64,000 nt of DNA, from NCBI GenBank assembly GCA_002633005.1, contig NMRA01000418.1:245173-309172 (forward strand), written 5' to 3'. Within the stretch, counting starts at the first letter, position 1, and every line of letters starts with the position of its first letter. This document shows, one piece after another, positions 39,612 through 53,117 of this stretch. The stretch is from Phoronis australis (lineage: Eukaryota > Animalia > Phoronida). The translations under genes were made by a program, and so were the position numbers. The notes below the pieces were generated by a model, which worked only from the letters and a program-made list of their open reading frames with translations, had not been told where the DNA came from and searched no databases.

Positions 39612-41159
39612 CTGAAAAAGCAAAACAGTAGAAAACTTATAGTTTCACATAGTATGACACGTCATTGCATTGGTCCCTAGCTAGTGCATGCCAACTGTAG
39701 GGCAACAAATAATTTCACTTGAAACCGTCCATTCTATCTCTTTCGTAAAAAGATAATTATATTTAAACCAGTGTAGTACAAATTGAACATAGATCCCTTT
39801 AAAGTTGTGCACTTCCCCAAAATGTGCACAGCAGATTTCAATGAACTGAAATGAAATGAGACTGGTTTAGCTTTGAAAATGTCACATAATTTAGGCTTTT
39901 AACTTTCTGCGAGAGCCAGCTAGATGCCATATCCAGAAACTTATTTTTGGACCTAACAACTGACAAGTCACTGGTATGTAGCAAGTTAAATGATATAATA
40001 GGCAAAAATATAAAGAACATTCTTAGTATACATGTATTACTGCGAAATTCCCATTCAGTTGAACTTACACTCTGCTAAATTAGTGGAAATGGTTTTGAAA
40101 TATTGTTATTGCTTGAAAGTCAACTGCTCCTCAAGGTTCGATTATGTTTCACATTTGTTGAAAGGTGGTGGGTAAGTGGCTAGCTACATAAGTTAAACTA
40201 TTGTGCAATTTTACAACATCCAACCTGATTGAAATTTCGTGAGTTTAGTTATAACATGGTACTTTATGGAGCTTAAGGATTAAGAGTGAGTCCTTAAAAA
40301 AACCAACAAGTAGAGTCTATACCCAGAAATCATATTTTTTTACTTATCACATGAGTTTGGTTTGGTGAGATGTAGAAAATTTTCGCTTATTAAGAATTTT
40401 CATCCATTATTTCTCCTTTTATGAAATTTACTGCCATTTTGCAACAAAACTGGGCGCTGAATGCATTTTACTGATAACAAATGAGTGATACAGTTTGAGA
40501 GAACTATGATTGAATAATCTAATGGCAGAACTTCCAAAACTCATTTTCAAATTTGCAAGCTTTGATTTGTGTGCCAAAATAACTATTTTGAAGGTTTTCA
40601 TTGAAGCCATTTTCGGCCAAGTTTGGCATTCTTTAGCAGCCATGTTTAACCTTTCCAAAACTGACCGTATCATAATTTGCCAGTCATTCATAACGTGTTC
40701 ATAATCTAAAATAAAAAACTTGCCTCTTGCATAGCTTTTGCTTACGAAGTATTACATGAACTGCATGCTCTTAGTCCTATTTGTCTATTCTCAATTGCCT
40801 CAAGGACCAATAGAGGGCTTTTGGAAAATGTTATTACATGTAGCTTGCAAAAAACACGACATAAAAGGTTAAGTTTTAAAGAAAAAGCAGCGAGCATTAC
40901 TAATTACCATTCCGTGAAATCCACACTGATGGTTATTGCTTATTACAACAAGACCAGGCGCCCACGAATGCACGGTGTTTATTTGGTCCATAAAAGTGGC
41001 CACTAGATGGCGCAAAATACGTCAAATATCATATCAAACAGATTTTCCTTATTCGCGTTGAATAATTTGGTTCAATTAGATCGGAGATACATGTATGCAA
41101 CGTTTTACTGTGGGTAACACTGTTGACTGATGAGAGTTCACTTGGTTGTACATTGTGAC

Positions 41160-41640
41160 CTCATGACGCTGTTCTGTCGTTCAGCAACTTTTCCAGACGT
41201 TAGAGCTTCTGAACGTGCGATAACATCTGCCCAGCACAGTCGTTTGTCCTGTATGACCATAAGCAGGCCAATTATCTCACAGGCTTCATAGAATAATTGA
41301 AACTTGGCAGAATGGATTGTCTTAACTTCTGTCGTAGTTGGGTGATTTTGGTGAATCAAAAACTAAACATGATCAGCACTTGACAAGGAATTCAGAAATG
41401 CTATTGGTATATGTTCAAATATGTTTTAACGTAACTTTCACTTTAGCAGCACAGCCCAGTCAATCTACTGAGATACGATTTGATTGGAGATTAGTGCAAT
41501 AATTGAACAAAAGAGAGCCGACCCTCCAACCATAAATGCCATGAATGGTTTTAATCAGTCCAGTAAGATATTGGCTACAGGGGATCTTCCCAAGTTGTTG
41601 CTGGGCTATAAAATCGAACAACTTGGAGCAACGGGAAAAT
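41160..41640 (-). repeat. Dispersed repeat, inverted relative to copies at about 3555-4122 and 52605-53020
   Basis: Shared blocks such as atagcatttctgaattcct and gaaaagttgctgaacgacagaac. Confidence 0.75.
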
Positions 41641-42799
41641 GCCGTAATGTATTCCGGGGAGTTCCATTTAATAGTAGCGGGATGTCCTTTCGTATTCAAT
41701 AATTTAGATCCTCTCAAGAGTCTTGAGCAATTGTTCAAAACAGGTAGTCAAAACAAAATGACGAAAAACTTGCCTAGATCAAAATAATAGTTACATTGCC
41801 ATTGGTGATTTCTAATTTTGAGAACCACCAAGTGAAACTAATGCAAATTGTTGACGGAGATTTCAAAATATGAAGCTACCAAGATTTACGACGAACACAG
41901 AGACATAAGCACACACAACCATAGACAGTGACCACAGTCTCTTGATAACGAGAGTATTTGTTCAAGTTGGGATCAAATACCTCGAATGGCCTCATTAGAT
42001 GTTCCTCCATGCGCAAATGGTATATATAACAATATGTAGCATTTATGTTTTTAGTAAGTGCGAGGCCTAATTCTTCCGGAGTATGAAGCGCCTATAGGAG
42101 CTTAGTCTCTACTAAGGAGCCACTTAATGGTCTGATTGTCTAACACAGCCAATGCCAATACATCCAACTTGCAAAATGATTACTAGGACATTTTGGGAGC
42201 TCCCCCTTTGCATATATTTCTTATTTATATATAGTGATGCTCACTGACAATTACCTCAAATACCTGAGGAATATGAATTTTAGCGTTATGTGAACGATAT
42301 GACTTACTGATGGACCACGGACAGTATTACATGTTAGAATGATAAGAATAGACAATCCACACACAGATTACAGTCCATGTCGGTGTGTGACAGCCTGAGT
42401 GGCTGACAATCACAACTGAAATTACACGTTGTTCATCAATCACTGCACCGATTGTTGCCAATTAATTTTAGACCTCTCTCTGGCGCTAACCCGACTTCCC
42501 CCACCTCCTAAGTGAAATGCCTTCTTGTTGGTTCAGCAAGTAGTTATATAACCTTAATTGTCGTGGGCTAGCCGATAAACATCCTTTTCTTCGAAGCTGA
42601 CCAGGATGGAGGGGTATAAAATTCAAACACTTGATCTACGTATTGCGTACGGCTGTTGGTCACCGGATGTTTGCCTACATTCAAATTCACGAACAAGACC
42701 TGCGGTAATGATTATGTAATCACAATTAAGTCTGTGAACAATTTGTGGTTGGAAAAATTGGAAAAACTACGAACAATAAAAGTCAAATATCTCACAATA

Positions 42800-43220
42800 C
42801 CCAAATTTAAAAACTTGAATACGTAAGTTTTGGACACATAGAAAACTTATACTTTTCAGAAAAGTTTTACATACGTGAAAAACGTAAGTTTTCTGAAAAA
42901 CTTGAGAAGTCATTAAAACTTATGTTACTATAACAGGAAAACAGTTTTGTGACAAACTTAACTTATCAGAAAAGCTTAAGTTTTGATGATGTGAAAAAAT
43001 TAAGTTTCCACAAAAGCTTAAGTTACTACTTGAAACTTAATTTATTTGTGAAAACTTAACTTTTACAGTTGAAAAAAAATAAGTTTTCCGAAAAATTTAA
43101 GTTTCTTTTAAGAACTTAAGCTTCTTGTAGGAACTTAAGTTTTTCCCCTAATTCTAAGTTATTTCCCAAAAGTTAAGATTTCCGCCAAAAACGTTTTTAG
43201 CAAAAAAACTTAAGTTTATT
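42800..43220. repeat. Degenerate AAACTTAAGTTT palindromic minisatellite
   Basis: Many aaacttaa / ttaagttt motifs in both orientations. Confidence 0.7.
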
Positions 43221-44149
43221 TTTATAAGGATTTGTTACCGTCAGTAAGCTCCTGGCGTGCTCGCCAATTGCCATGTTTTTTCCCGTGTTTGGGTGGACGC
43301 AAGTTATGACAGCTAGTAGCTTTCGGTGCGACAATAGACTGAAGACTGGTTCGAGTTAACAACTTTATCAATCTCGACCGCATGTTCACAAGCTTACTCA
43401 AACAAATCGTCCGACGTAATGTCTGTTCTACGATCCGGCCAATGCTGCGAAGCCTTCACTTGTGATGAACTCTGAGATACTTTCAGCAACTCAACTATAA
43501 CTCTCTAGTAACCAACTGATTTCAACTAATTTAAGTCCTTCAACTGCTTTACTGCTTAACTGACTATAATACAAACTCGTGCCGGGGTATTTATAGTCAC
43601 ATGCAATGTTCTAGAAATTTTCACCAATTCAAACAGTCACGTTCTAGAACTTTCCGGAATCTACCAAATCAATCTACAAACATATACTAATCTCTATAAT
43701 ATACCAGCTTGCACTAATCACTACCATGCTAGAGTCTTCTTGAAAGTTCCACGCTAATCTGCCGTAAATAGATTATATCATCACTGTACTGACCTCAGCT
43801 AGGAGTCATGCCGATCGATAGCACAAATGTAGCAATAAAACAAAATAAAAATAAGAACACTGTCAGTCTACATCCTGACAGTCTTCGACATCACGAAACT
43901 ATAATTGTCACTTGGAAACCGCGTTATCGAGATTTCTGAGAAAACGCTAGAGTATTCATTAGACCCTGCAGCTGAAGCATAACATATTTGAAGCTAGTAA
44001 AGCAGTTATGCTTTAAATCACAGTACTGGCTCTGGAAATTTGGATGACTAAATGCGATGCAATTGATTTGTGGAAAAGGTGTCAATAAGTAGTCCCCGTC
44101 CAAGTACAGTCACTACCAACAACTGCTTCAGCAACTAACCAGTGGAAGA

Positions 44150-44393
44150 GCAAGAGTGATCAAGTTTCCGTGGCAGTGACCTAGACCAGCTGGATTGCAT
44201 GGGATGGATGCTGGCAGGTGAGAACTCATTCCCATGAGGACGAACCAGCCAGCAACACAAGAGAACCTGCTGAAAGTAGTAAGACGCTCGTGCATGACCA
44301 ACTGCAATTGCAAGAGATGTACTTAGCAAGAAGTTAGGATTGCCGTGCTCGGTTGCATGTGGAAAATGCAGCGACATAAGCTGCAGCAATTCA
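44150..44393 (+). mobile_element. Academ (XPG/Cys8 type) transposase C-terminal fragment
   Basis: GW...LIPMRTNQPA..NLLKVVR.SC...C..KRCT.KKLGLPCSVACGKC..ISCSNS with frameshifts. Confidence 0.68.
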
Positions 44394-45409
44394 TTATCAG
44401 TTGAAGGAGAATAGCTGCTTTAATACTGGTTGATTATGCATAGATTTTGATCACAGACTGAGCACTTCTGCTACAAAAAAAGCTGTACATTTCACTCAGG
44501 ATCTGAAACGGATGTGTTATGTACGTGGGATTTAATTAACGAGGAGACAAAGAGGTCTCGTGGCTGAAAACGTGTATTGAGAAAACTAATAAAGTAGTCT
44601 CTGACAATCTCAAAGCTAGAAATTTGTAACATGCACTACTGCGCATACGCTAAATCTTGCCAGCAGCCCTCCATAAGAAATACACAAGAACAGCCTCAAA
44701 TTGGGAATTTATAAGTGAGGGGAGATAACTACACAATTTGCCGATAGCCTGTCGCATAGAGTGTATGTTAAGACTTGTTACTGCCAAATATCAGCGTCAT
44801 TGATGAAAATTTTTCCACGTCCCTTGAAGTTTGCCCCGTTCAGGCCTATGTTAACGATCGTCCGGAAGCCAATATTTGAGCGCATAGCTCATTTTGAAGT
44901 CAAGTTTGTGGCTGAATTCATTTTGCCATCGGATTTGCCTATAGCCTAGTACATGTAGGTGACTACCAGTACTCAGAGGTTGCTGATCCAAATTTCATGC
45001 TGTTTTGCGAAAAATTTTCCACGTCTCTTGTGTTCAGAAAATGGATCCACGTACAGTGCTGTGAGATGAAATGTTGCCGTCTTGCAATGGAATTTGCACT
45101 CTGTAGATATGAGAGATTAGCTCAGAATCGGTAAGAAACTTTATGTTCATTTTCTCGTCCGGTATGAGTTTAGAAGTACTTTCGAAGGTTGAAAAAAGTC
45201 GGATTTTACTATAGTTTTATGCAGGTTTCGCCTGTGAGTAGTTGATACAGTGTATACTAGTTATCTTCAAAATGTTCTTTCGTTTTTTTGTGATCCACAC
45301 TACGTTGTCCTTCGTCTTAATTAAATACTGTTACATTGGAGTGGATCCCGGACACAAATATGTATTGGCAAACATCTGAAGATTAATAAAAAGCGATTTG
45401 ACAGCGGGC

Positions 45410-45990
45410 TTAAGGCAAGCTGTCAACAATTAAGTTCATAAAAGCAGTAGTCTTCTCACACAAGGAATCGTGATCCTCAATTGATGAGGCAGGTGCACGC
45501 GACGGTGTATCAGCAATATGCAACTCCTTGCCAAATACGTACTGCATGTCGTAAGTAAACCGTAAGAGTCTCATACGCATTGACTGTATACGAGGAGGGA
45601 GGTCATCCAATCTGTTTGAGCCTAACAGAGCCACGAGAGGCTTGTGATCAGTGTCCAACGTAAACTTCTGTCCGGTCACGTAATCTGTCAAACGAGAACA
45701 TGCCTACGTAGCTGCTAAAGTCTCCTTCTCTATTCGGGCATATCTTGTTTCCGCAGGCGTCAAGGTACATGACGCATACGCAATAGGTCTCCAGTCACCA
45801 TCGGAGCTACGTTGTCTCAACACTGCGCCTAAGCCAATTGACGAGCTGTCTGCCGATATACGAGTTTCACATTGCGGATCGAATAGCGCAAGAACCGGAG
45901 CTTGGAAGATCAGTGCTTTCAACTTGTCAAAAGAACGTACATGTACCTGAGCTGTGTCCCAACACCACTCATTCTTGGATGACAGCAACC
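45410..45990 (-). mobile_element. Ty3/Gypsy pol fragment (RT connection / RNase H), degenerate
   Basis: APVLALFDP..T.ISADSSSIGLGAVLRQ..WRPIAYAS.TLTPAETRYA.IEKE.LA, then TDHKPL and PPRIQ..R.RL motifs; internal stop. Confidence 0.92.
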
Positions 45991-46213
45991 GTCTAAAGTC
46001 CTGGTTGCAAATTGCCCATGTGGTTCCAGTATCCGAAAATACTTACTACATAAAATCTTATTTTTGACACCCTTTCTTTATATTATTTTAGCCTTTCTTG
46101 CCAAAAGCGATTTTATAACAGTATTTGACCCCTCTGAGTGAGCGTATAATTACCGGCTGTCATCGGTTATTTCCGTACCCACATTTCCGGCTCATCAGTT
46201 CAGGAACTCGTCC

Positions 46214-48930
46214 CAAGGAGTGTAGTAGTATAGGAGAGTTCACTTATGAGTTCGCTGTTACCGCTACTACTAGCGCCGCCAAGTGGTGAACAAGCTACGG
46301 TCAACCAGGAAGCGCCAAAACAATGGGGACGGACGCATTTTGCAGTGCGATAAATTGCATGAATTCATCCACGAAAACCCCAGACGTGTCATTTTGTAGG
46401 TTTCCTAAGGATCCAGAAAGGTAAGGATTGTCTGTTATTCAATAATATGATACATTGTCTTTCATTTTGTGTGTTCTGTTCACGGTTGTTAGACAAGTCG
46501 ATCGCAGTCCCGGTGCCCGGCACTGTCTGTTGTCAGTGTTGTCTGCAGTGTAGGCTAGACCTACTGGGCAGCCGGCGGAAGAGGACTATGATTAACGTAC
46601 GATGTGATCGTCAGCTTTTTGGATACTTGCAGTCCATGTATTCCAAATCAAAATGTCACTCTAACGATCGCAGGGATAATTTTAGGAAAACATTCCCATG
46701 GCCATGGGTGAATATGAATCGTGGTGACACGGCCATGGCACAATCACAGCCACAGGCCACAGGGCCTTTTAAGTCTTTCATTAGTCAAGTCAGAGAATCT
46801 GTGGGTCTCGGTGAAAAGTTGTGCAGCCCTTAAAATATCCGTGGATCGACATTTGAGTCCTAGTTTTTTTAGTTGACACCAAGACGCTTTTGTCTCTATC
46901 ACAATCACAGTACGACAGGACTTCTGTAGTGTAGTTTAGTGTAGGCTACCAGTCTCTGTGAACCTGGTGAGTATGAGGTTTGTTCCTGAGTCTCTCATTG
47001 ATTTCTGTTCAGGTGCAAGCACTGGGAGCCGACCTTATGAATAGAGTGCATCCTACTTGTCCAAGAACTGCAACTTATGCTCTCATCACTTCGAGGAGTC
47101 CATGTTGATGAATGAAGAACAAGCTGGTATTGAATGCAGTGCCCGAGCAGTATTTGATGTCCCCAGTCCACCAAAAATGAAGACGTCAAAAAGTTCTACG
47201 GAAATTATGTTACAGCTGTGGAATAGGCTTTTTGCATTTCTGATTATCGTCTCACAAAGCAAGTACTGGAACATCACGTGTAGAAAGGACAATTAGTCAA
47301 AATCTGGTTTTCGTATTTTACTAAGGTTGATCAGATTGAAACATTTTATGAATGGTTAGCCTGTGATTTGAAGAGAGCCAAAGTGAAACTGATGGGTCTT
47401 TTAGAGTCTGAATGGTGGGCTGACATTTTGTTAAACCCAAGCTATCCATATCATTTTGCTTCTCAATGACACTGAAACACCTCTGTGAGTAAATTAGTTA
47501 TCAGCTTCAACGCATTTCGTTGGCAAAAAGAGCTGTTGTTTACTAGTGAATAGAGAGTGAGAAGGTTGGTTAGATTTTCTTGTTGTATTGGTGTATGTGT
47601 TGCCTATTTTGTACGTTTTTGGAGATTGTGATTAATTTAAGCTCCAGTTGTGGCTAAGTAACAAATATGATCTTGTGGTCTAGCTTTAGCTTACCTGAAA
47701 TATTTACTGTTATTGATAATATGAACAGTGGGTATAGAAAATAAAAATTTTAGTTTTATCATCCATTAAAAGTCTTTTTAATTCAGTTTTGTATGAAGTT
47801 GTGTGGCTAGTGAATATTTTGATTGCTGTTTAGCACCTCTTAACTTTTTTGTCATGACATTTTGAGCTTGGACTGGTTATGGTGGGGATATACTCAATGT
47901 GGGGGGGGCTCGAATTCCCGACGATGTAGACCTTTTGCTAACAAGTGAGTGGGCGGACTAAAAAAAAAAAAACGGGGACCACCACTGTGAATTGCGCGTT
48001 TCCGTTTCTTTAGTGGACTTTTGTCCCATTTTCTCGGACTTTTTGTCTCGTTCAAGCCCCCCGAGCCCCCTGGGTGCGCGCGTGGGAGAGTGCAATCGAG
48101 TTTACCCTATGCTGGAATGTCCAAGAAATAATGGGATGTTCTAAAATTATATTACGATTTTGTGGTAGTGATGAATTGCTTTCTTCTTCTTACATGTGTA
48201 ACACCCACTACACCAAACAATTATTCACATTGTTAGTATCCTGGTGCATTGAATAAGGAACACATGCGAAATTGGGTGGAGGTGAAACCAGCAGTGAGCT
48301 GGGAGCAACATGTTTGTCAATGGTCAGGGGAGCAACCAAAATTTATGACAATGGGAATGGCTCAACACCCATGTGGCATACCCCATTGGTTTTTACCTGT
48401 TTAGCACTCCTCCCATGTAACCCCCCTGGGAGATGGTCAACACCCATTTGGCGCCCACATGGTTTTTGCCTTGTACCCCCTTAGCTGTCACCTGTGGGGA
48501 ATTACCCTCTGAACCCCCAGGAGCAATCATTCAAATTTTATTGTCCATGGAGGTATGAACTGTTATAAGGAAAGATAATTTGCCTTGTTAAGAACTCAAA
48601 CATGAAACAAAACCGTGATAGATTTTGAAGGGAGCTTCAAAAGAATAAAAACAAATACACTTTAATATTGATTAAAATACACATTTTCATTCTCATTCGA
48701 TTATAAGTGGATGTTAGTTTACGTATTCTAACCATTTTCAATCACACAGTAATTTTATTGCACGTTGAACGTCATTAAAGTATGAATTCATCAGTGTTTA
48801 CATTGTTCGGACTGCGCTCCTAAGTAAGTATTGATTATTCACCGCTTGGAGCGCTAGTGTTTCGACCGGTAACCATTGCGGCGAATGGTAAAATGGCGGA
48901 GTGAACTCTCCTATACTCGTACACTCCTTG
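46214..48930 (+). mobile_element. Non-autonomous THAP-carrying DNA transposon, P-element-like (31-bp TIRs, 7-bp TSD CTCGTCC)
   Basis: Left TIR CAAGGAGTGTAGTAGTATAGGAGAGTTCACT and right TIR (48900-48930) match at 29/31. ctcgtcc sits at 46207-46213 and 48931-48937. The element has CA...TG termini and an internal THAP relic. Confidence 0.88.
46323..47193 (+). pseudogene. Spliced THAP zinc-finger relic (exon 46323-46420, exon from 47013)
   Basis: MGTDAFCSAINCMNSSTKTPDVSFCRFPKDPE R|CKHW ... LSKNCNLCSHHFEESM ... VFDVPSPP gives the C2CH THAP signature. The gtaagg / ttctgttcag intron is in phase; the second exon is frameshifted. Confidence 0.85.
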
Positions 48931-49159
48931 CTCGTCCTAAACGCTGTCATTTTTTCCTTGTAACTGAATGTGCTATCGCTTGCTCGAAAAGTCTTCATTA
49001 TTTTGTTTTACTAGTAATATCTCGTGATTCGTTTGCATATGTAGTGTATTTATAGTTTGTAGTTAGTGGTCGTAGATTTTTTTGGAATGTTACGCGTACT
49101 TATTGTGTAAATATAGTATTGGTGTTTAGTTCCTCATGTAGGCTGGTCGAACCTAAGAA

Positions 49160-49960
49160 CCAATGGCATGCCTGACTTCAAACAAGAGCACATTTTTTAC
49201 TACAACCACTTCTTTTACACTTGCCATTAACATTTTCCATGTCTTTTTCTGGGGCTAAAGGCAGAGTCATCCAGTGCAGCATCAGACTACCCCGCTCCAA
49301 AAGCCACCCCTTAGCAACTGGAGAAGGTGCACTGAGATGCTGTTGCAATGCTCGTTTGTGAATGGCACACTGGTAGTTTGCTCTTTTAGCATGTAACAGC
49401 AAACAATCATGATGAGGAGGCAGATCACAGATTTCAACCTGAATATGTGGCAGCGTGCTTTATTAACTGTTGATGACTCGCCGTACTATTTGCATAGAAA
49501 TGGTTCAATGTCTTCCATGAGTTAACCAGGAAACACAAATTTTGAGCCCAACTTAAATGGCAAAGACGAAGTTAAAAAAATATCTCTGCAAGCCTGCACC
49601 CTACCCAAAATAACAGAAATGTTTTGACAACTTGAATACCGTTTCATCTTAACACCTTCAGTTGTTACAGCAATCCTATTTAACTGACATAGATAACCAA
49701 AATACTCTTCACTTTAGCACACAGTATGGCCAACAACTGAAATTTCATTTTGTCTACGTGCACAGCAAAAATAAGCATTAGGAGAAATGAGCATCATTAC
49801 TAGCATCGATTGCACTATGCAGCTGTCTTCAAACAATTTAAAACATAAAAACATTTTTATAATCCTTAATACTGTAGTTCAGCCTTTGAAAAATAGAGGA
49901 ATGGTCATGTTGGCAATATATTTTGTTTGAAATTGAAAAGCGTCTTTTTTACAGTAGAGC
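49160..49960 (-). mobile_element. Academ-like transposon fragment
   Basis: LPPH..CLLLHAKRANYQCAIHKRAL...PSP...GW......L..HWMTLP.AP...CK...C; the flanking DNA is homologous to 61050-61780 in inverted orientation. Confidence 0.72.
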
Positions 49961-52900
49961 TAAAATTTCATTTGACATTTCCTTTTTTAAATAGCACATA
50001 TTGGAAGAGTAAAAATTTTCCTTTGCCAAAAACTCCAATTCAAGAATCTTAAAAATGTGAGATACTGAAAAATTACAGAACACAGGCAATATTTCCATTT
50101 TTATAATTTCTAAAATTCCAAACACTGCTCATGATTTTAAATCAAAGGATCTTAAAATAGGCTTAGAAGTTCATAAAAAGCAGTGCTGATCACTCACCTG
50201 TAGGTGAAAACTAGTGCCAGTGCATTTGAGATTGAGACCACTATTACTACAAATATATCAAGCAAAATATTTTTTGTTTTGTGACCTAAACTAAAGATTA
50301 TTTACCATAAAAGATAACTTTTCAAATTAAGAATAGGTAGGCGTATTTACAATTGAATGTTTGGAACTGGGATAGGTTTTCAATTTTTCATTTGTTTGTG
50401 AAGTTCCCGTGTGATGAAATTTGATTTGTGGCAAATGGTTCACTGTGGTGGCAAGACATATACGGTATATTTCTTTGAGCACTGTTAAATGTACATGTAG
50501 CTGACAGTGACAATATCCTTAATTTTCTAGTGGGTTTAACATTATTTCCATTATCAGCTTGGTCCTTTTCTTTTTTAAGAGCTCTTTTAATTTTTGTTGC
50601 ATCCGTTAAGTGTCTGTAACACTGCTTGTGATCGAAGCATGTGCGCACGAAGCCTAAAAATGGGGGCCTCGAGTCTTTGAGAATGTGGACATTTATTAAA
50701 ATTTACGGGGTACTTCAGAGCTACGAATTTTGCATTCGTCGAATTTTGGTAGTTCCTACTTTTTTAGTGAACATTTGTCTCGTTTTCTCTTTTTTGGGAG
50801 CTTTTGTTTCTCTGCGGCGTACCTTTTTACCCAGTTTACCAAATGGGGGAGGTTCGTTCAAGCCCCAAGAGCACCCCCCTCTGTGTTCGCCTGACAAGAG
50901 CTCTGCTTTTTCACAAGAACTTATCAGCAATGATACCTCTCTTGTACTCAATGTTGATACGTTTGTTTGCAGTAGCCTTAGACCAGGTAATATCTAAAAA
51001 TTAGGGTTCAGAAATTTGAGCAGAAGCTGACACATGAATGCCAATTCATTGTGAAGTCGCAGACTCGTTCAATAATTCATGGTTTCAGCAGAGTACTAGC
51101 TGTCCCAAAAACAGTTCTTTGCGAAACACAAAATGATTGAGGAATGTGCCAAGAATTGTTTCAGTACTATGACACTCGTGGCCACTTGCTGCCTGCTGGT
51201 TTTTGAGCCTTGGCCCTTGGTAATTGCCTATTACTTGAACACCCATCCAAGAATTAATACTATCTAATGTAGTCAGTAGCAGTGAACAAGCTAGCTAAAC
51301 CAGCAGGATAACATCACCGGACTGTCCTCTGATGAAGGTTTTAATGTCAAGCAGACGACTTTTGAAAGGTAAAGGTAAGGACACAATATTTTCCTGGCAT
51401 TTGATTGACTGTTACGATCATTTTGCACTGACACCTGGTGGCTAACATATTAGTTGAGGTTATATTTTTCCAACTTTTAAAAGAAAATTCTTACTAAAGG
51501 TGCAAGTGTATTCTTGGGAACTATTTTGAAATTGTCTTTTGAACATCTGTAGATGGGTTTAATGCAAAGTTCACGTTGCACCCAGAAAGTGGCCATGGAA
51601 GTTAAAGATAGGAGAGCTGGGACTATGGCCTAAATAGGAATATGAAAGAGGCACCGGTGCCCGTCCGTTTTCAATTGGATATGCCACCTGGTCGACACTG
51701 GTATGATTTTTGCGTGCATTTTTACCCCAGTGTCTTTATCTGCAAAACGTTAAAATGATCATGAAAATTGATAGATGTGCATGCTCCTAAAAGAACACGA
51801 CTAACACTAATCTCAGATTCTCACTCCGCAATGGCAGTTGCGCCCGCGCTTGAAATTCGTAAACCCTTCACAGGCCCTTTGGGAAATTTCGTAAGTGTAT
51901 TCCTTATTGCAAGCAGATACTGTCCACTGACAATTTTAAATTTTAAGATTTAGTTTCCTTTGTATCTACTGGATTTTTATGAATTATGGGGTGTGTTTTT
52001 ATATTGATTAAAGCATGCATCCACTATGTTAAGGCGGCTGAAAAAAAATCTAATTACATGTACTAGTGGATGTTTTACTTTTATAAAACTGGCCACATTA
52101 TATTCCCTTCTAGGATGGAATTCTATTTTTGTTATCAGCAACTGAAGAAAACGTGCCAGAGTTTATTGAAGTTGACCAACCTTAAAATTGCGAAATCGAA
52201 AATGGTATGTATTTACACGTAGATTGTTTGTGACTTGAGTTGCTAATTCATCAACGAGATGCACTGACAGCTGAAGCTTGTTGCAGCTCGTAAACATACC
52301 GTGCGTGATGGCGACAGCCATTCCAACACAAACAATTTCGAAAACGGAAAGTCAAACCTCATATATTTTGCTGCGTACTCAGCGACTTTTTAAAGAAAGC
52401 ATTTTTGTTAACTAGCGGTACCCGTAACCTTAACAAGGACAATCGTCATAGAAGAAGTCAAAAAGTGCAACGATACCAAAATCATTCATTTAGACCTACA
52501 GTGTACATTTATTGGACTTATTTGAAATAAGTTAGGTCCATTATATCCGACTAGTGCCCCCTAGCTGTGTTTTGACGAAAGTCTTCATACAGCTAGATGG
52601 CAGGCTACAAGTTGGGAAGATCACCCCTGTAGCCAATATATCTTACACGACTGATTAACTCTATACTGGCATTTCTTTTTGAAGGGACGGCTCTCTTTTC
52701 ATCGATAATTGCTCTAATCTCGGATCAGATCGTATGCCTATCTATAGCCTGACTGGGCTGCGCTGCTAAAAATGAAAGTTTAGTTATAAGAATAAGATAT
52801 TTTAACATTAGCAAATAGCATTTCTGAATTCCTTGTAAAATGCTGATCATGTTTAGTTTTTGAATCACCAAAATCGCCCAAATGGAACCGAAGATAAGGA

Positions 52901-53065
52901 CGAACCTTATTCGTTACTGTTAACAATAAGCAAAACGGTGCTGGCTGAGCACTGGAGCCAGATTTTATGGCACGTTCAGTCACGCCTGGAAACGTTGCTG
53001 AAAGACAGACCGCCGTCATGAGTGATGCTTGAAACACATTTTGACAAAATAGCTTACGAGCTTAC

Positions 53066-53117
53066 CTTTTGAAGAGAGGAAGAAACAGCAAACGGCCAAC
53101 AACGTTGGTGCTTCCAT
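53066..53117 (-). CDS. IgSF gene A, coding exon 1: signal peptide (MEAPTLLAVCCFFLSSK, phase 1)
   Basis: agaATGG start; 52 nt = 17 codons + 1; ends AAAG|gtaagc. Joins the V exon in frame to give MEAPTLLAVCCFFLSSKAFAVSA|LSVNLP, a hydrophobic leader with a V-S-A cleavage motif. A paralogous exon is conserved at 2716-2767. Confidence 0.82.

Noticed and set aside
42308-42378. Signal-peptide-like stretch (CGLSILIILTCNTVRG) with a gtaagt donor close to the V exon
   Set aside because: It has stops in all three frames and the wrong phase; 53066-53117 fits far better.
43233-43880. Possible solo LTR (TG...CA, TATA-like motif on the minus strand)
   Set aside because: No TSD or second copy found; boundaries cannot be supported.
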